Virus record (IMG/VR): IMGVR_UViG_3300037400_001617
DNA length: 64,000 bases
Reading direction: 5' to 3' (one strand)
Source of the DNA: a virus
Lineage: Duplodnaviria; Caudoviricetes
Shown here: one piece after another, positions 15,635 to 25,035 of the stretch
Numbering within the stretch: the first letter of the stretch is position 1
How the letters are laid out: each line of letters opens with the position of its first letter
The notes under the pieces: generated by a model
What the model was told of the DNA's origin: nothing
The model's database searches: none
What the model saw: only the letters and a program-made list of their open reading frames with translations
Made by a program: the position numbers and the translations under genes

Positions 15635-17083
15635 TTAGCTAGTAGAAGTTGTATTCTGAGGCTTACTGTCAGTACTCTGATCAGGAGCATTTGTTGTACC
15701 AATCCATGTTCTTACATGTGCTCTGATTACATCGAAGTAATCTCTGCGAGTATCAGAGAGTGAGTTCAGAGCAGCACCCATACAGAGTGATCTAGTATTA
15801 CCCCATGCTCTTATCATTGAAAGAGCATAGTCTTCATACTTGGCAAGGTTCTCATCAGATACACCTTTCTCCTTCATATTGGCTGCTGTCAGTTTACTCT
15901 GTCCTCCAGCAACACCTTTCATATGACTGGAATCAGACTTAATATCGGAAGCTGTTTCTGATCCTTCTTTTCTGTTAGCCTTGTTAGCTGTATCAAGAGA
16001 CTTGTTGTCTTTCTGACTATATGAAGAATCTCCAGAATTGATCTTTGAATCAGTATTCTTATTACTTCCAGCATCAATCTGTACACCGTCTTCGTTTATA
16101 ACTCTGCCGTATACATATGAGTATGCTTCCTTCGTAGCTTCTGCTTCAGCTTTAGCGTCTTTGAGTTCTTTACCGAGTTCTGAATTAGGATCGTCTTTAG
16201 CTGCATCTGCTTTTGCTGTTGTAACATCAGCAGCAGAACCGCCCTTGAGAGATTTACTCATGGCATCGTAGCCCTTCTTATATGCAGACTCGATACCGCT
16301 CATTCCGTTATCAAAAGCATCCTTGATCTTCTTTAACTTCTCTACGGTAGCATCATACTTGTAGAGGAAGTTATACATATGCTCCATATGAGCACCTTCA
16401 AGATCAGAACCAGAATATTCATCAATCTCTTCTCCACCGTTAAGCCAGTTACGAATCCTACCAGCAAATCCAGGTATATCGTCAGGATCAACGAAAATCT
16501 TTGTATTGGTTATGCCAATAGCCTTAGCAACTTCTTCTTGCTGTGATATCGTGAACTTATCTACTGCAGCATTACCTGCTTTAGTAAGATCTCCTCCAGT
16601 AGGAGTTTTACTTGGGTCAGTGCCAGCTATATCATTAAGTTTACCTTCTATTGTCTGAAGGTCGCTAAGCTCTGGAACTTTGGAGAACACATCCTTAACT
16701 TTGCTGACTAATGTGTCGAAGTTCTTCTGACCCTCGAAGTGATCCTGCATCTTAACAGATTTGAGTGTACACTTCTTCTCGAAGATGATGTTTGCATACT
16801 GCTTGAGATAAGCGATGTTATCGCTTGCCCAAGCCTGAAGACTCTCAAGGAACTTCTGGTATATCTTGGCGAAGAATGACTTGATTCTTGCCCATACCTT
16901 CTTGAACTTGTCGCCGAGTGCTCCTTCATTGAAGATAGCCATCTCTTCGATAGCCTTTCTCTTATCTGTACCAGAAAGGAGTACACACTCGTTAACGTAT
17001 CTTGTCATATCAGACTGCTGAAGCTCGAGATCTAAGAGATAGTTCTCATAAGCTATGATGTCTGTATATCTACTTTCGTACAT
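15635..17083 (-). CDS. Internal head protein paralog 4 (phiKZ internal-head-protein-like)
   Basis: Start MYESRY after GGGAGG; IFNE|G followed by amphipathic helix KFKKVWARIKSFFAKIYQKF. Confidence 0.7.
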   Translation of the reverse strand: MYESRYTDIIAYENYLLDLELQQSDMTRYVNECVLLSGTDKRKAIEEMAIFNEGALGDKFKKVWARIKSFFAKIYQKFLESLQAWASDNIAYLKQYANIIFEKKCTLKSVKMQDHFEGQKNFDTLVSKVKDVFSKVPELSDLQTIEGKLNDIAGTDPSKTPTGGDLTKAGNAAVDKFTISQQEEVAKAIGITNTKIFVDPDDIPGFAGRIRNWLNGGEEIDEYSGSDLEGAHMEHMYNFLYKYDATVEKLKKIKDAFDNGMSGIESAYKKGYDAMSKSLKGGSAADVTTAKADAAKDDPNSELGKELKDAKAEAEATKEAYSYVYGRVINEDGVQIDAGSNKNTDSKINSGDSSYSQKDNKSLDTANKANRKEGSETASDIKSDSSHMKGVAGGQSKLTAANMKEKGVSDENLAKYEDYALSMIRAWGNTRSLCMGAALNSLSDTRRDYFDVIRAHVRTWIGTTNAPDQSTDSKPQNTTSTS

Positions 17084-17099
17084 AGTATATCCTCCCTTC

Positions 17100-18323
17100 T
17101 TATATAGTATCTGCTTTATGACCCTTGATCTTTGAGAGGGCCTTATACAGAATAGCCTTATCCTGATTGAAGCAATCCTTAGCAGCTGTAAGTTTAGCCG
17201 AGAATGCAATGCCATGGATATTACTCATCTGGTTTACCTGAGCAGCACGAGCTCTGAGGAATGACTCGATAAGAGACTTCTGTTCTGCAGCTGTAGCTTT
17301 GGTCTTATTACCACTTCCAGCAGCACCACTTTCGGTATCGCTATAATTATATTCTCCGCTAGTCATACCAAGATGTGATTTCTGATCATCGACATATGTT
17401 GAATGAGATCCAGTATAGTCTGTGATCTTGAATGAATCCTTGGACAGTTTGTATGACTTTTCGAAGTATCTTTCGAGAGCACCATACTCTTTATCGATAT
17501 CGTTTCTTGTCTTCTCGACAGCCTTCTTGAGTTTATCATATCCCTCGAATCTCGTGTAAGCTGCACTTACTTCAGAAGAAGTGATGGTCATCTTACTTTT
17601 GTCCTTAGAGTCGTCTCTGAACTTCATGAAGCATTCTTCATCGAACTGACTCGCAGGGATATCATTCTGATCACCCAGAACCTTACCTCTGAAAGCATCG
17701 AAGAAATCTTCCTTACTGTCTTCGTATCCGTCGTACTTACTCTTAAGTGTATCGTAGTTAAGTGTACCATTACCGAAAGCATCTGCGAGTGAATTGTTTA
17801 CATCGCCGAGGCTTATAGTACTGATCACAGGAACGTTACCGCCATCATAGAGGTTAGTAAACTTGTATCCTTCGAACTCAAACTCATCCTCAGTCTTGAA
17901 CTTAGAGAATTCGTTCTTGTTCTTCTTGAGATAACTTTCTGACTTGAACATACTGTTCATCTTAGCGATGAACTTGTTGAAGATCTTCTTTATCCAAGCC
18001 AGGAACTTCTTGATGATTTCTTTAACCTTGCCGAAGAAATCACCAAAGCCTTCATGAATAACTTCAGGTGAATCACAGCTTTCCATGATTGTCTTGTAAA
18101 GCTGTTTAGAAGCATCGAAGTATGAACGATTATAGTCTGAGAGGAATGCATAGCATTCTGCCATATAGTCGTAGGAAGCTTCTGCTTCTGCAGTAGCCAG
18201 ATTGTCTATAGCTAAAGCACTTGAGAATGCATGCTCGTGAATAGTAGTGTCTCCAGAAGCCTCTGAACGGGATCTCTTGGGAACACTGGACAGAGCTGCA
18301 AAGTCAACATTGAAAAGTGACAT
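17100..18323 (-). CDS. Internal head protein paralog 3
   Basis: VIHE|GFGDFFGKVKEIIKKFLAWIKKIFNKF; EFEFEGYKFT shared with paralog 2. Confidence 0.72.
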   Translation of the reverse strand: MSLFNVDFAALSSVPKRSRSEASGDTTIHEHAFSSALAIDNLATAEAEASYDYMAECYAFLSDYNRSYFDASKQLYKTIMESCDSPEVIHEGFGDFFGKVKEIIKKFLAWIKKIFNKFIAKMNSMFKSESYLKKNKNEFSKFKTEDEFEFEGYKFTNLYDGGNVPVISTISLGDVNNSLADAFGNGTLNYDTLKSKYDGYEDSKEDFFDAFRGKVLGDQNDIPASQFDEECFMKFRDDSKDKSKMTITSSEVSAAYTRFEGYDKLKKAVEKTRNDIDKEYGALERYFEKSYKLSKDSFKITDYTGSHSTYVDDQKSHLGMTSGEYNYSDTESGAAGSGNKTKATAAEQKSLIESFLRARAAQVNQMSNIHGIAFSAKLTAAKDCFNQDKAILYKALSKIKGHKADTI

Positions 18324-18346
18324 AGACTTCTCTCCTTTCATAGTAT

Positions 18347-18358
18347 TATTATAGAGTT
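18347..18358 (-). promoter_or_regulatory. Late-type promoter variant AACT-CTATAA-TA
   Basis: Downstream of terminator 18371-18396, upstream of RBS. Confidence 0.55.
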
Positions 18359-18370
18359 AAGACAAAGAAA

Positions 18371-18396
18371 TCGGGAGGGTCTATTGGCCCTCCCGA
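18371..18396 (-). terminator. Hairpin TCGGGAGGG/CCCTCCCGA
   Basis: Inverted repeat with T-rich tail on the minus strand. Confidence 0.75.
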
Positions 18397-18439
18397 CTTA
18401 TGTTGAACGAATTGTAATTACTCTGTATTCTGCCGAAGA

Positions 18440-19654
18440 TTACTTGAGAACGATGTTGTCGAAGTAGTTAGCTGTCTCAGCAACTCCCTCGTAATCGTCA
18501 TCGTAGTCGTATGACTCGTTTGTCATCTTCTTGCCGCCGCCGATAACCTTAACCATGATAGCCTTAGCCTGACGCTTTCTGTCAGTGATAGCCTGGAGGT
18601 AGATACCGTTAGCCTGTGTGAAGCAGTTAGAAGCGAACTTGAGCTCATCCATAGTAGATACGACAAGTGCGAGAACATTTGAAAGGTTGTTTGAACCCTT
18701 TGTCTTATCCACGCCATTTGCCTTCAGCTCCTCACCAGACTGAGCCTTGGTAAGCTTCTTCTCAGCTGTCTCAAGCTTTCTGACTGTATCATTGTAGCCC
18801 TTTACGAAGTGGTCACAAACTTTCTGAGCAGCCTTCTTGAACTTCTCAGAATCCTTTATATCTGACACAATGTCGGCAACAGTAAGATCCTTCTTTTCGA
18901 TGGATTCCTTCTCTGATTCGCCGTTTCTGAAAGCTTCGAAGATTTCCTTAGAGAACTCTGAAGCTGTAAGAGGCTGGTCAGCCACAACTTTAGTTGAGAG
19001 CTTATCAGTGATCTTATTAGCAACGAATCCGCGGATAGACTCTTCCTTGTCTTCCTTGTTATCTCTCATAGTATCGATAGCTCTCTTGAGATCAGCATCA
19101 TCAGCAGCAATGATAGTATTTATATCTGCATCGAGAGCGCTCTGGATAAGTGCATTGTTTCCAACCGCCTTAGCAACTGCCTCGCTAGCAGCAGCAGTTC
19201 TTTCGAGACCAACGTTGTCAAGCTTTACAGTGAACTTGTAGCCCTTGAACTCGAAGTCGCTCTTAACCTTGCTCCACTTAGTAGAGAATTCCTTCTGATA
19301 CTTCTGAACAAATGAATTGTCACTTGAAGCCATAGAAGAAATCTTAGCGATGAATGTGTGAAGAATCTGACGAATCTTCTCGATAAGCTTCTTGAAGAAT
19401 TCCTTGATCTTGTTGAGTACACCAGACACACCACCTGCCTCGTAGATAACCTCTTCACCATTCTCGGCGAAATAGTTTACTTCGTTGAGGCCGATAGCCT
19501 TCATGATTGAGATGTAGTTCTGCTCGTTCTCTGCTACCATAGCAAGAGAGAGCTCTTCGTATGTAGCAGTCTCGCCGCACTCTGCAAAGAGATCTCTGGG
19601 AGTGTAGTTACCGTCATCTACATATGAAGTGTTGAAGTTAGAATAGATTCCCAT
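18440..19654 (-). CDS. Internal head protein paralog 2
   Basis: MGIYSN start; VIYE|A...LNKIKEFFKKLIEKIRQILHTF; C-terminal MTNE|SYDY. Confidence 0.72.
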   Translation of the reverse strand: MGIYSNFNTSYVDDGNYTPRDLFAECGETATYEELSLAMVAENEQNYISIMKAIGLNEVNYFAENGEEVIYEAGGVSGVLNKIKEFFKKLIEKIRQILHTFIAKISSMASSDNSFVQKYQKEFSTKWSKVKSDFEFKGYKFTVKLDNVGLERTAAASEAVAKAVGNNALIQSALDADINTIIAADDADLKRAIDTMRDNKEDKEESIRGFVANKITDKLSTKVVADQPLTASEFSKEIFEAFRNGESEKESIEKKDLTVADIVSDIKDSEKFKKAAQKVCDHFVKGYNDTVRKLETAEKKLTKAQSGEELKANGVDKTKGSNNLSNVLALVVSTMDELKFASNCFTQANGIYLQAITDRKRQAKAIMVKVIGGGKKMTNESYDYDDDYEGVAETANYFDNIVLK

Positions 19655-19673
19655 AATGTGTGTCCTCCTTTCC

Positions 19674-20954
19674 TTAGCATATAGCCTGGAGATCTGACAG
19701 AGTATCGTACTCTACAGCCTCTCCGACTGCTGTGTAATAGTCATAAGACTCGTTCTTGTGATCTACAGAAGCATAAGCAGCTGCAGAAGAGAACACACGA
19801 CGAGCCTGTGTGATAGCGAACTTATAAGCGGCAAGACGAGCAGCAGTGAGCTTGTTGATTACAGCCTGTTCTGCATTAGCATAACGCTGCCAGAAACCAG
19901 CAAGACGCTCAACCTTCTCGAGATCGGCTTCTTTTTCTGCAGGTTTTTTATTATATTTATTCTTTGCTTCAGTATCTTCGCCAGATGATACTGTTCCTTT
20001 GAACTTGTTTGCAGAAGTTCCGCCAGCAACTGAAGTCTTGCGGACATCATAAGAGTCAGGAGACTTTGGACCACCACTTGGACCATTGAGCCTATTGTTT
20101 GAAAGAGCCTTGGAAATACTCTCAGATTCCTTGTTGATCTGACTGATGATCTTTGCGATAGTGCTTTCCATATTTGCATTGCACTTCTTGATCTTATCTT
20201 CGTTCTTTGTAGCATCCTTGAGGAGATCGCCGATGTAGCCGTGAAGAATCTCGCCAGTTGTCCACTCGTCCTTAACTTCCTCATCTTCAAATATGACGTC
20301 CATGAACTCTTTGCCGATGCTGTTGATATCATCGCCGTTGATAGCGCTCTTGAGATCATCTGAAAGTGATTCGGATACTACTGCACTGTAGATATCATCC
20401 TGATCGATATCAGAATCCTTCTTATATACATCAGATATTTTGATAGATCCTATTTTCGTAGCACCAGAACCGCTGTTGTAGAAGTATGCCGAACGATATT
20501 TGTAAGTGCCCTTGTCGTTAATATATCCCATAACGTCGGCGCCGTTACCCTTGAAAGGTCTTACCTTTGCCTTGAAGTTCTTCCAGTTGCTGTTCTTTGA
20601 GATAACAGGGCTGTACTTCTTGTGAAGTGCTGCGCTGTCTGCGAACACACCGCTGATTCTTGCAACGAATGACTTGAAGATACCCTTAATCTTAGCGAGA
20701 AGCTTAGAGAAGATCTCCTTGAGCTTGTTCCAGATTTCCTTGGCACCTTCGTTGATAACTTCGTAGCCCTCGTTTACAGCAGCGATCTCAGCCATGTCGC
20801 TGTGGATAGCTGACTCGAAGAGTGCGAAGTCGTTCTGATAACCTTCGATAAGAGCCATTGCACAACCAGTTACACAGTTGTATGACTCGTTAGCAGCTAC
20901 ATCTACGTCGTAGCCGCCTACACTATCGTATCTAGTATTTGAATAGATACCCAT
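19674..20954 (-). CDS. Internal head protein paralog 1
   Basis: MGIYSN start; VINE|GAKEIWNKLKEIFSKLLAKIKGIF; C-terminal HKNE|SYDY. Confidence 0.72.
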   Translation of the reverse strand: MGIYSNTRYDSVGGYDVDVAANESYNCVTGCAMALIEGYQNDFALFESAIHSDMAEIAAVNEGYEVINEGAKEIWNKLKEIFSKLLAKIKGIFKSFVARISGVFADSAALHKKYSPVISKNSNWKNFKAKVRPFKGNGADVMGYINDKGTYKYRSAYFYNSGSGATKIGSIKISDVYKKDSDIDQDDIYSAVVSESLSDDLKSAINGDDINSIGKEFMDVIFEDEEVKDEWTTGEILHGYIGDLLKDATKNEDKIKKCNANMESTIAKIISQINKESESISKALSNNRLNGPSGGPKSPDSYDVRKTSVAGGTSANKFKGTVSSGEDTEAKNKYNKKPAEKEADLEKVERLAGFWQRYANAEQAVINKLTAARLAAYKFAITQARRVFSSAAAYASVDHKNESYDYYTAVGEAVEYDTLSDLQAIC

Positions 20955-21039
20955 AAATGGTTTCCTCCTTTGTGTAGTATTCTTTACCTAATGGTATATT
21001 AGTAGTTCCCTATGGTCTTAATAGTAAGACCGTAAGATT

Positions 21040-21051
21040 TACTAATATGTT
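21040..21051 (-). promoter_or_regulatory. Late promoter AACA-TATTAG-TA
   Basis: Consensus match; leader hairpin GGTCTTA/TAAGACC. Confidence 0.7.
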
Positions 21052-21066
21052 GGTCTGCCCAGTCGC

Positions 21067-23130
21067 TTAGAACAGGGCAGATGAGGCGGAGTCAGGAAGT
21101 TCATCAAGAACTTCTTTGGTTTGGTACTTTTTGTTTTCCTTGGTAAGTTCTTTGGTTGCTTTGACTTCAGACTGCTTGACTTCTATAGCGATGTGAGATG
21201 AAATCCTACGGAAGCGCTCAGCAATCTTCATCTGTTTTGAAGAGATACTCTTCTTCTGCTCGTTAGTGAGATCAGAACGAGAGTGCTCTACGTTATATGC
21301 ATTTATCTGAAGCATGTCAGCTTGCATATCGAAGTATTCTGATATCCTTACTCTATTGTAGTAGAACAGGAATATCACTTCTCTGAGTATAGGTACAATA
21401 GCGAAGAGGATAGCAACTACGCCGAGTGCAGATCCTGCTACTGTAAGCTCACCCATGAAGTTTTTAGAGTTGGACTTGATTACATACTCCATAGCGTTTG
21501 TAACCTGTCCCTTGTCATAAGCCTGATTGAACTTCTCAAGAGTCTCAAAGACCATATGATCCTTAGTCTTGACAAGAGCAGACTTATCGATGGTAGCTTG
21601 GAATGTATCTGTTCCTGGGAGCTTTATATACTGTACACACATTGAGATGAGATATGACGTACTCTCTATAATGCTCAGGACAATTGAGTTGTAGAACACG
21701 ATAGGGAGTTCTACATTGAGGGCATATGCTCTCTTCCAGATCGATGTAGAATCGATGATGTTAGAGATAGCCGTTCTTATAGTATCGACAGGTTTTGTGT
21801 CCTGCTTATACTCGAGAAGAAGATTCTTCATAGTGTCGAGAGAGTCCATAAGACGAAGATAGTTTGAAAGCTTAGTGATATCACCCTTAGTAGATGGTAT
21901 CTCTCCCCAGTCTATATCGTCAACTCTTTCAACTACATTATCGTATAGTTTTGATGTTAAAGAGACAAGTACCTTAGTTTGGTCGTCTTCATTAACAGCA
22001 AGAAGAATTTTACGAGTTTCACGATCATTGAGATCGAAATACTCAGTGATAGCTTTGTTGTATTCGGGACTTCTGTAGACAGAATGGAAGTCAAAGTTCT
22101 CTTTGACCTTCTTTTTATTGAGTCTCTGGTACTCAGTATCAAGAGCTTTGTTGTAGCCCTTCTTCACATTAGTACCAGTACGAGTTGTATCTATAGCATC
22201 ACCGACAATCTTTCCAGCAGCTCCGCCAAGAGCACCACCGACTGTAGCTCCTACAGCACCACCTACAGCGCCTCCAGCCATACTACCACCAGCAGTACCG
22301 AGTGCGCTCATAGCTGAACCTGCAGGGTGACGAATAGCATCTCTTGCATCATCAGCAGTCTGATATACATATCTCTTACCATGGAATACGATACCCTGAC
22401 CGAATTTCATGGTAGACTCTTCGCCCTTCTTGATAGGACGAAGTATAGCTTTGCCGACTTTGAGCATACCGTTCTTAAGAAGAACAGGTTTATCAGCTTC
22501 AGTAACTACTACAAAGCCTTCTGAATCGAGAGCATGGAAGTCTTCTGAAGTATATAACTTCTTATCCTTCTTAACACCCTTCTCGACCCCTTTCTCAGCC
22601 CACTTATAAGCAAGACCGAATCCTCCAGCATAAGCACCGACTGTAGCTCCTACTGGACCAGCGACAGCACCACCTGCAGCTGCACCTAATGCTCCGCCTA
22701 CAACACCTCCAGCCATACCATGTGTAAGTGCTTTGAGCTCTGCGTTAGGACCGCTAACAAGGATATACTTGTCACCATCTACATCAATGATGTATTCCTT
22801 GTTTGCCTTCATGTATTCCTTGTCGAGAGTTTTGTTCTTAGGAAGTCTCCTGAAGTTGAAGCCGTCTCTGGTAATCATGTCAGCCTCAATGAGAGATCCC
22901 TGAGTAGATTTACCAGTCTCTTCATCAGTGATAGTGTAACCCTCTTTGGTTATATGAAGCTTTCTCTTAGACTTCTTAAGGTTCTCCTTAACATTGCCCT
23001 TGAGTCTCTCCTTACCCTCGCCGATCTTAGCGCCGAGTTCGTCGATGTTGTCTGATACTGTCTGAGCTACAGACTTCTCCTTACTTTCATTGAGTACTCT
23101 AGCGAGCTGCTCATCAGAAAAAATAGCCAT
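21067..23130 (-). CDS. Putative virion protein with two glycine-zipper modules and a C-terminal helical domain containing a hydrophobic segment
   Basis: MAIFS...VLNE|S; GxxxG runs; ALGVVAILFAIVPIL. Confidence 0.7.
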   Translation of the reverse strand: MAIFSDEQLARVLNESKEKSVAQTVSDNIDELGAKIGEGKERLKGNVKENLKKSKRKLHITKEGYTITDEETGKSTQGSLIEADMITRDGFNFRRLPKNKTLDKEYMKANKEYIIDVDGDKYILVSGPNAELKALTHGMAGGVVGGALGAAAGGAVAGPVGATVGAYAGGFGLAYKWAEKGVEKGVKKDKKLYTSEDFHALDSEGFVVVTEADKPVLLKNGMLKVGKAILRPIKKGEESTMKFGQGIVFHGKRYVYQTADDARDAIRHPAGSAMSALGTAGGSMAGGAVGGAVGATVGGALGGAAGKIVGDAIDTTRTGTNVKKGYNKALDTEYQRLNKKKVKENFDFHSVYRSPEYNKAITEYFDLNDRETRKILLAVNEDDQTKVLVSLTSKLYDNVVERVDDIDWGEIPSTKGDITKLSNYLRLMDSLDTMKNLLLEYKQDTKPVDTIRTAISNIIDSTSIWKRAYALNVELPIVFYNSIVLSIIESTSYLISMCVQYIKLPGTDTFQATIDKSALVKTKDHMVFETLEKFNQAYDKGQVTNAMEYVIKSNSKNFMGELTVAGSALGVVAILFAIVPILREVIFLFYYNRVRISEYFDMQADMLQINAYNVEHSRSDLTNEQKKSISSKQMKIAERFRRISSHIAIEVKQSEVKATKELTKENKKYQTKEVLDELPDSASSALF

Positions 23131-23145
23131 ATGGATTACACCTCC

Positions 23146-24435
23146 TTATCGAGAAACTTTGGTAAGAAGATTTACCATCTTCTTATACGTATTGTCTGAG
23201 GCTTCTCTCTCCATATTAGAGAAAGTGAGTCTTTCATAGTTATCGTCGCCGCTGTCGTAGAGGAACGAAGCAGTTTCTACCGCTTCATTGAGTACGATAA
23301 TAGCGATGAAGTTGTAAGAATCAAGAATCTTTCTAGCAGTTGATATGTTCATGATATCAATACCAGATGATTCCTTCATAGTCTTAGCAACGTTATCTGA
23401 AACACAGAGTGCCGTAATAGCAGTAGCATCATTGTACTGCTTAAGATTACGTCTGAATTTAGACTTTGCTGCTCGTCTTTCGAGAACTTTCCAGAGCTTG
23501 CTGGAAGTAGCATCTTTGCCGTAAGAAAGAGCATCGAGCTTAGCCTTATCAACTGCAAACATGAAGTCGCGGAAGAAAGCTATCTCATTAGTTGTAGCTC
23601 TGATGAAGCTGTTGAGGAAGTTTTTGTCCTGTACCTTAGAAGTTACACGGTTGATGATGTCGCCTGTGGATACAGGATACACCTTAACCTTTACTCCTAT
23701 AGTACAAGTCTGAGTGAAGGTTTTACCGTCTTCACTCTTGCCGATGAAGTTGACTACCATCATAGTAGGCATGAGCTCATTAGCTTTCTTATACTCAGCA
23801 TTGAGCATACGCTTATTCTCAATGTCTGTATAGTCAAGAACTCTCTTAGCTCTAGCCTCTCTATCCTGATCAGGACCCTCCATGACTACCATATCCTTTA
23901 CCCCAGTTCTATATCCAGGAATGATCTTGTAGTCTGAGATTGCCGACTCATTGATGTCATCGGGAAGTGTATAATTTGATTCTTTGAGATCTTCAAGTAC
24001 AGCGTTGATAAGATTCTTGTCTATCTTAAGTGTACTTGCATTCTCGTCGAACTTGAGTACGAGTCTGTCAAGAGCATCAGAATAGTCATCGAGTGTAGCA
24101 TCAAGAGTTCCGAGGTTGTTGTGGAACTTCCTTACATAGTCATACACATCTTCATTCTCACCGACACAGATAGCAGTAAAAAGAATGTGCATCATAGCAG
24201 CACATTTCTTCTCATGAGCTTTGGCGGCCATAGCCACCGAATCAGGATCGAGGTCAGCTGAAGCCAGCATAGGGAATGTTAATATGAGATCTTTTGTAGC
24301 AGATGCAACTGACTTGAATGAACGACGGTTGATATTGCTCATATAGAACTGAACTTCATCATAGTCCTTCATGCTTGTCACGATGTCTACGATATCTCTC
24401 ACTACAGATTCGTGAAAGTATTCTCTACCGTTCAA
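23146..24435 (-). CDS. Putative virion structural (head) protein
   Basis: TTG start with AAGGAGG; late promoter; YFHE|S, DINE|S, VVME|G sites. Confidence 0.65.
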   Translation of the reverse strand: MNGREYFHESVVRDIVDIVTSMKDYDEVQFYMSNINRRSFKSVASATKDLILTFPMLASADLDPDSVAMAAKAHEKKCAAMMHILFTAICVGENEDVYDYVRKFHNNLGTLDATLDDYSDALDRLVLKFDENASTLKIDKNLINAVLEDLKESNYTLPDDINESAISDYKIIPGYRTGVKDMVVMEGPDQDREARAKRVLDYTDIENKRMLNAEYKKANELMPTMMVVNFIGKSEDGKTFTQTCTIGVKVKVYPVSTGDIINRVTSKVQDKNFLNSFIRATTNEIAFFRDFMFAVDKAKLDALSYGKDATSSKLWKVLERRAAKSKFRRNLKQYNDATAITALCVSDNVAKTMKESSGIDIMNISTARKILDSYNFIAIIVLNEAVETASFLYDSGDDNYERLTFSNMEREASDNTYKKMVNLLTKVSR

Positions 24436-24462
24436 GTATATTACCTCCTTACCTAGTATTTT

Positions 24463-24474
24463 TATAGTGATGTT
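24463..24474 (-). promoter_or_regulatory. Late promoter AACA-TCACTA-TA
   Basis: Identical to 3768 and 24998 copies. Confidence 0.75.
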
Positions 24475-24497
24475 TCATTGGTTTAGCGTATCAAATC

Positions 24498-24539
24498 AAA
24501 AAAGAAACAGATGAGAGCGATCCTACATCTGTTTCTTTT
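24498..24539 (-). terminator. Terminator AAAGAAACAGATG/CATCTGTTTCTTT
   Basis: Inverted repeat downstream of the ORF ending at 24553. Confidence 0.7.
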
Positions 24540-24552
24540 ATCATCGAAAGAT

Positions 24553-24879
24553 TTAGAGCTCTATTACCACTGAACCACTAGACTCTGTTCTGAAGGTACT
24601 ATAGTTGGTTTCGTTAGTTGGCTTTCTCTCGATGACCTCGAAGAGCTGCTTCTCAACGACAGATACTCTGCCAGTGAGTTTACACAACTCTTCTCTTATA
24701 ATTCTGATATCTGATTGCATATCCAGTAGAGCTCTCTCTACTGTTGAATTATTACCACCGTTTGCTCCTCTCAAAGCCTCACCAAGATGATGCGCCATTG
24801 AAGCAAACATTCTATCGTTGTATTCGTCTTGCAGTCTTTCGTTGGCTGCTTCTACAAGCATTTCGTCTTTTCCGTTCAT
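24553..24879 (-). CDS. Hypothetical early coiled-coil protein
   Basis: GGAGG RBS; early-type promoter 24957-24973. Confidence 0.7.
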   Translation of the reverse strand: MNGKDEMLVEAANERLQDEYNDRMFASMAHHLGEALRGANGGNNSTVERALLDMQSDIRIIREELCKLTGRVSVVEKQLFEVIERKPTNETNYSTFRTESSGSVVIEL

Positions 24880-24956
24880 AATGAAACCTCCGTTCGTTAA
24901 GTTGATTGTGAATGACGTATGTTTGAACGTGGAGATTCATATGGTTTGTACTTAGA

Positions 24957-24973
24957 CACACCTATACTATACA
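24957..24973 (-). promoter_or_regulatory. Early-type promoter TGTATAGTAT-AGGT-GTG
   Basis: Motif match. Confidence 0.6.
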
Positions 24974-24997
24974 ACTGAGAACAAAATTGGAGGGTGG

Positions 24998-25009
24998 AAC
25001 ATCACTATA
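24998..25009 (+). promoter_or_regulatory. Late promoter AACA-TCACTA-TA
   Basis: Consensus match before the baseplate operon. Confidence 0.75.
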
Positions 25010-25035
25010 ATTATCCCAAGAAAGGAGGATTACAC

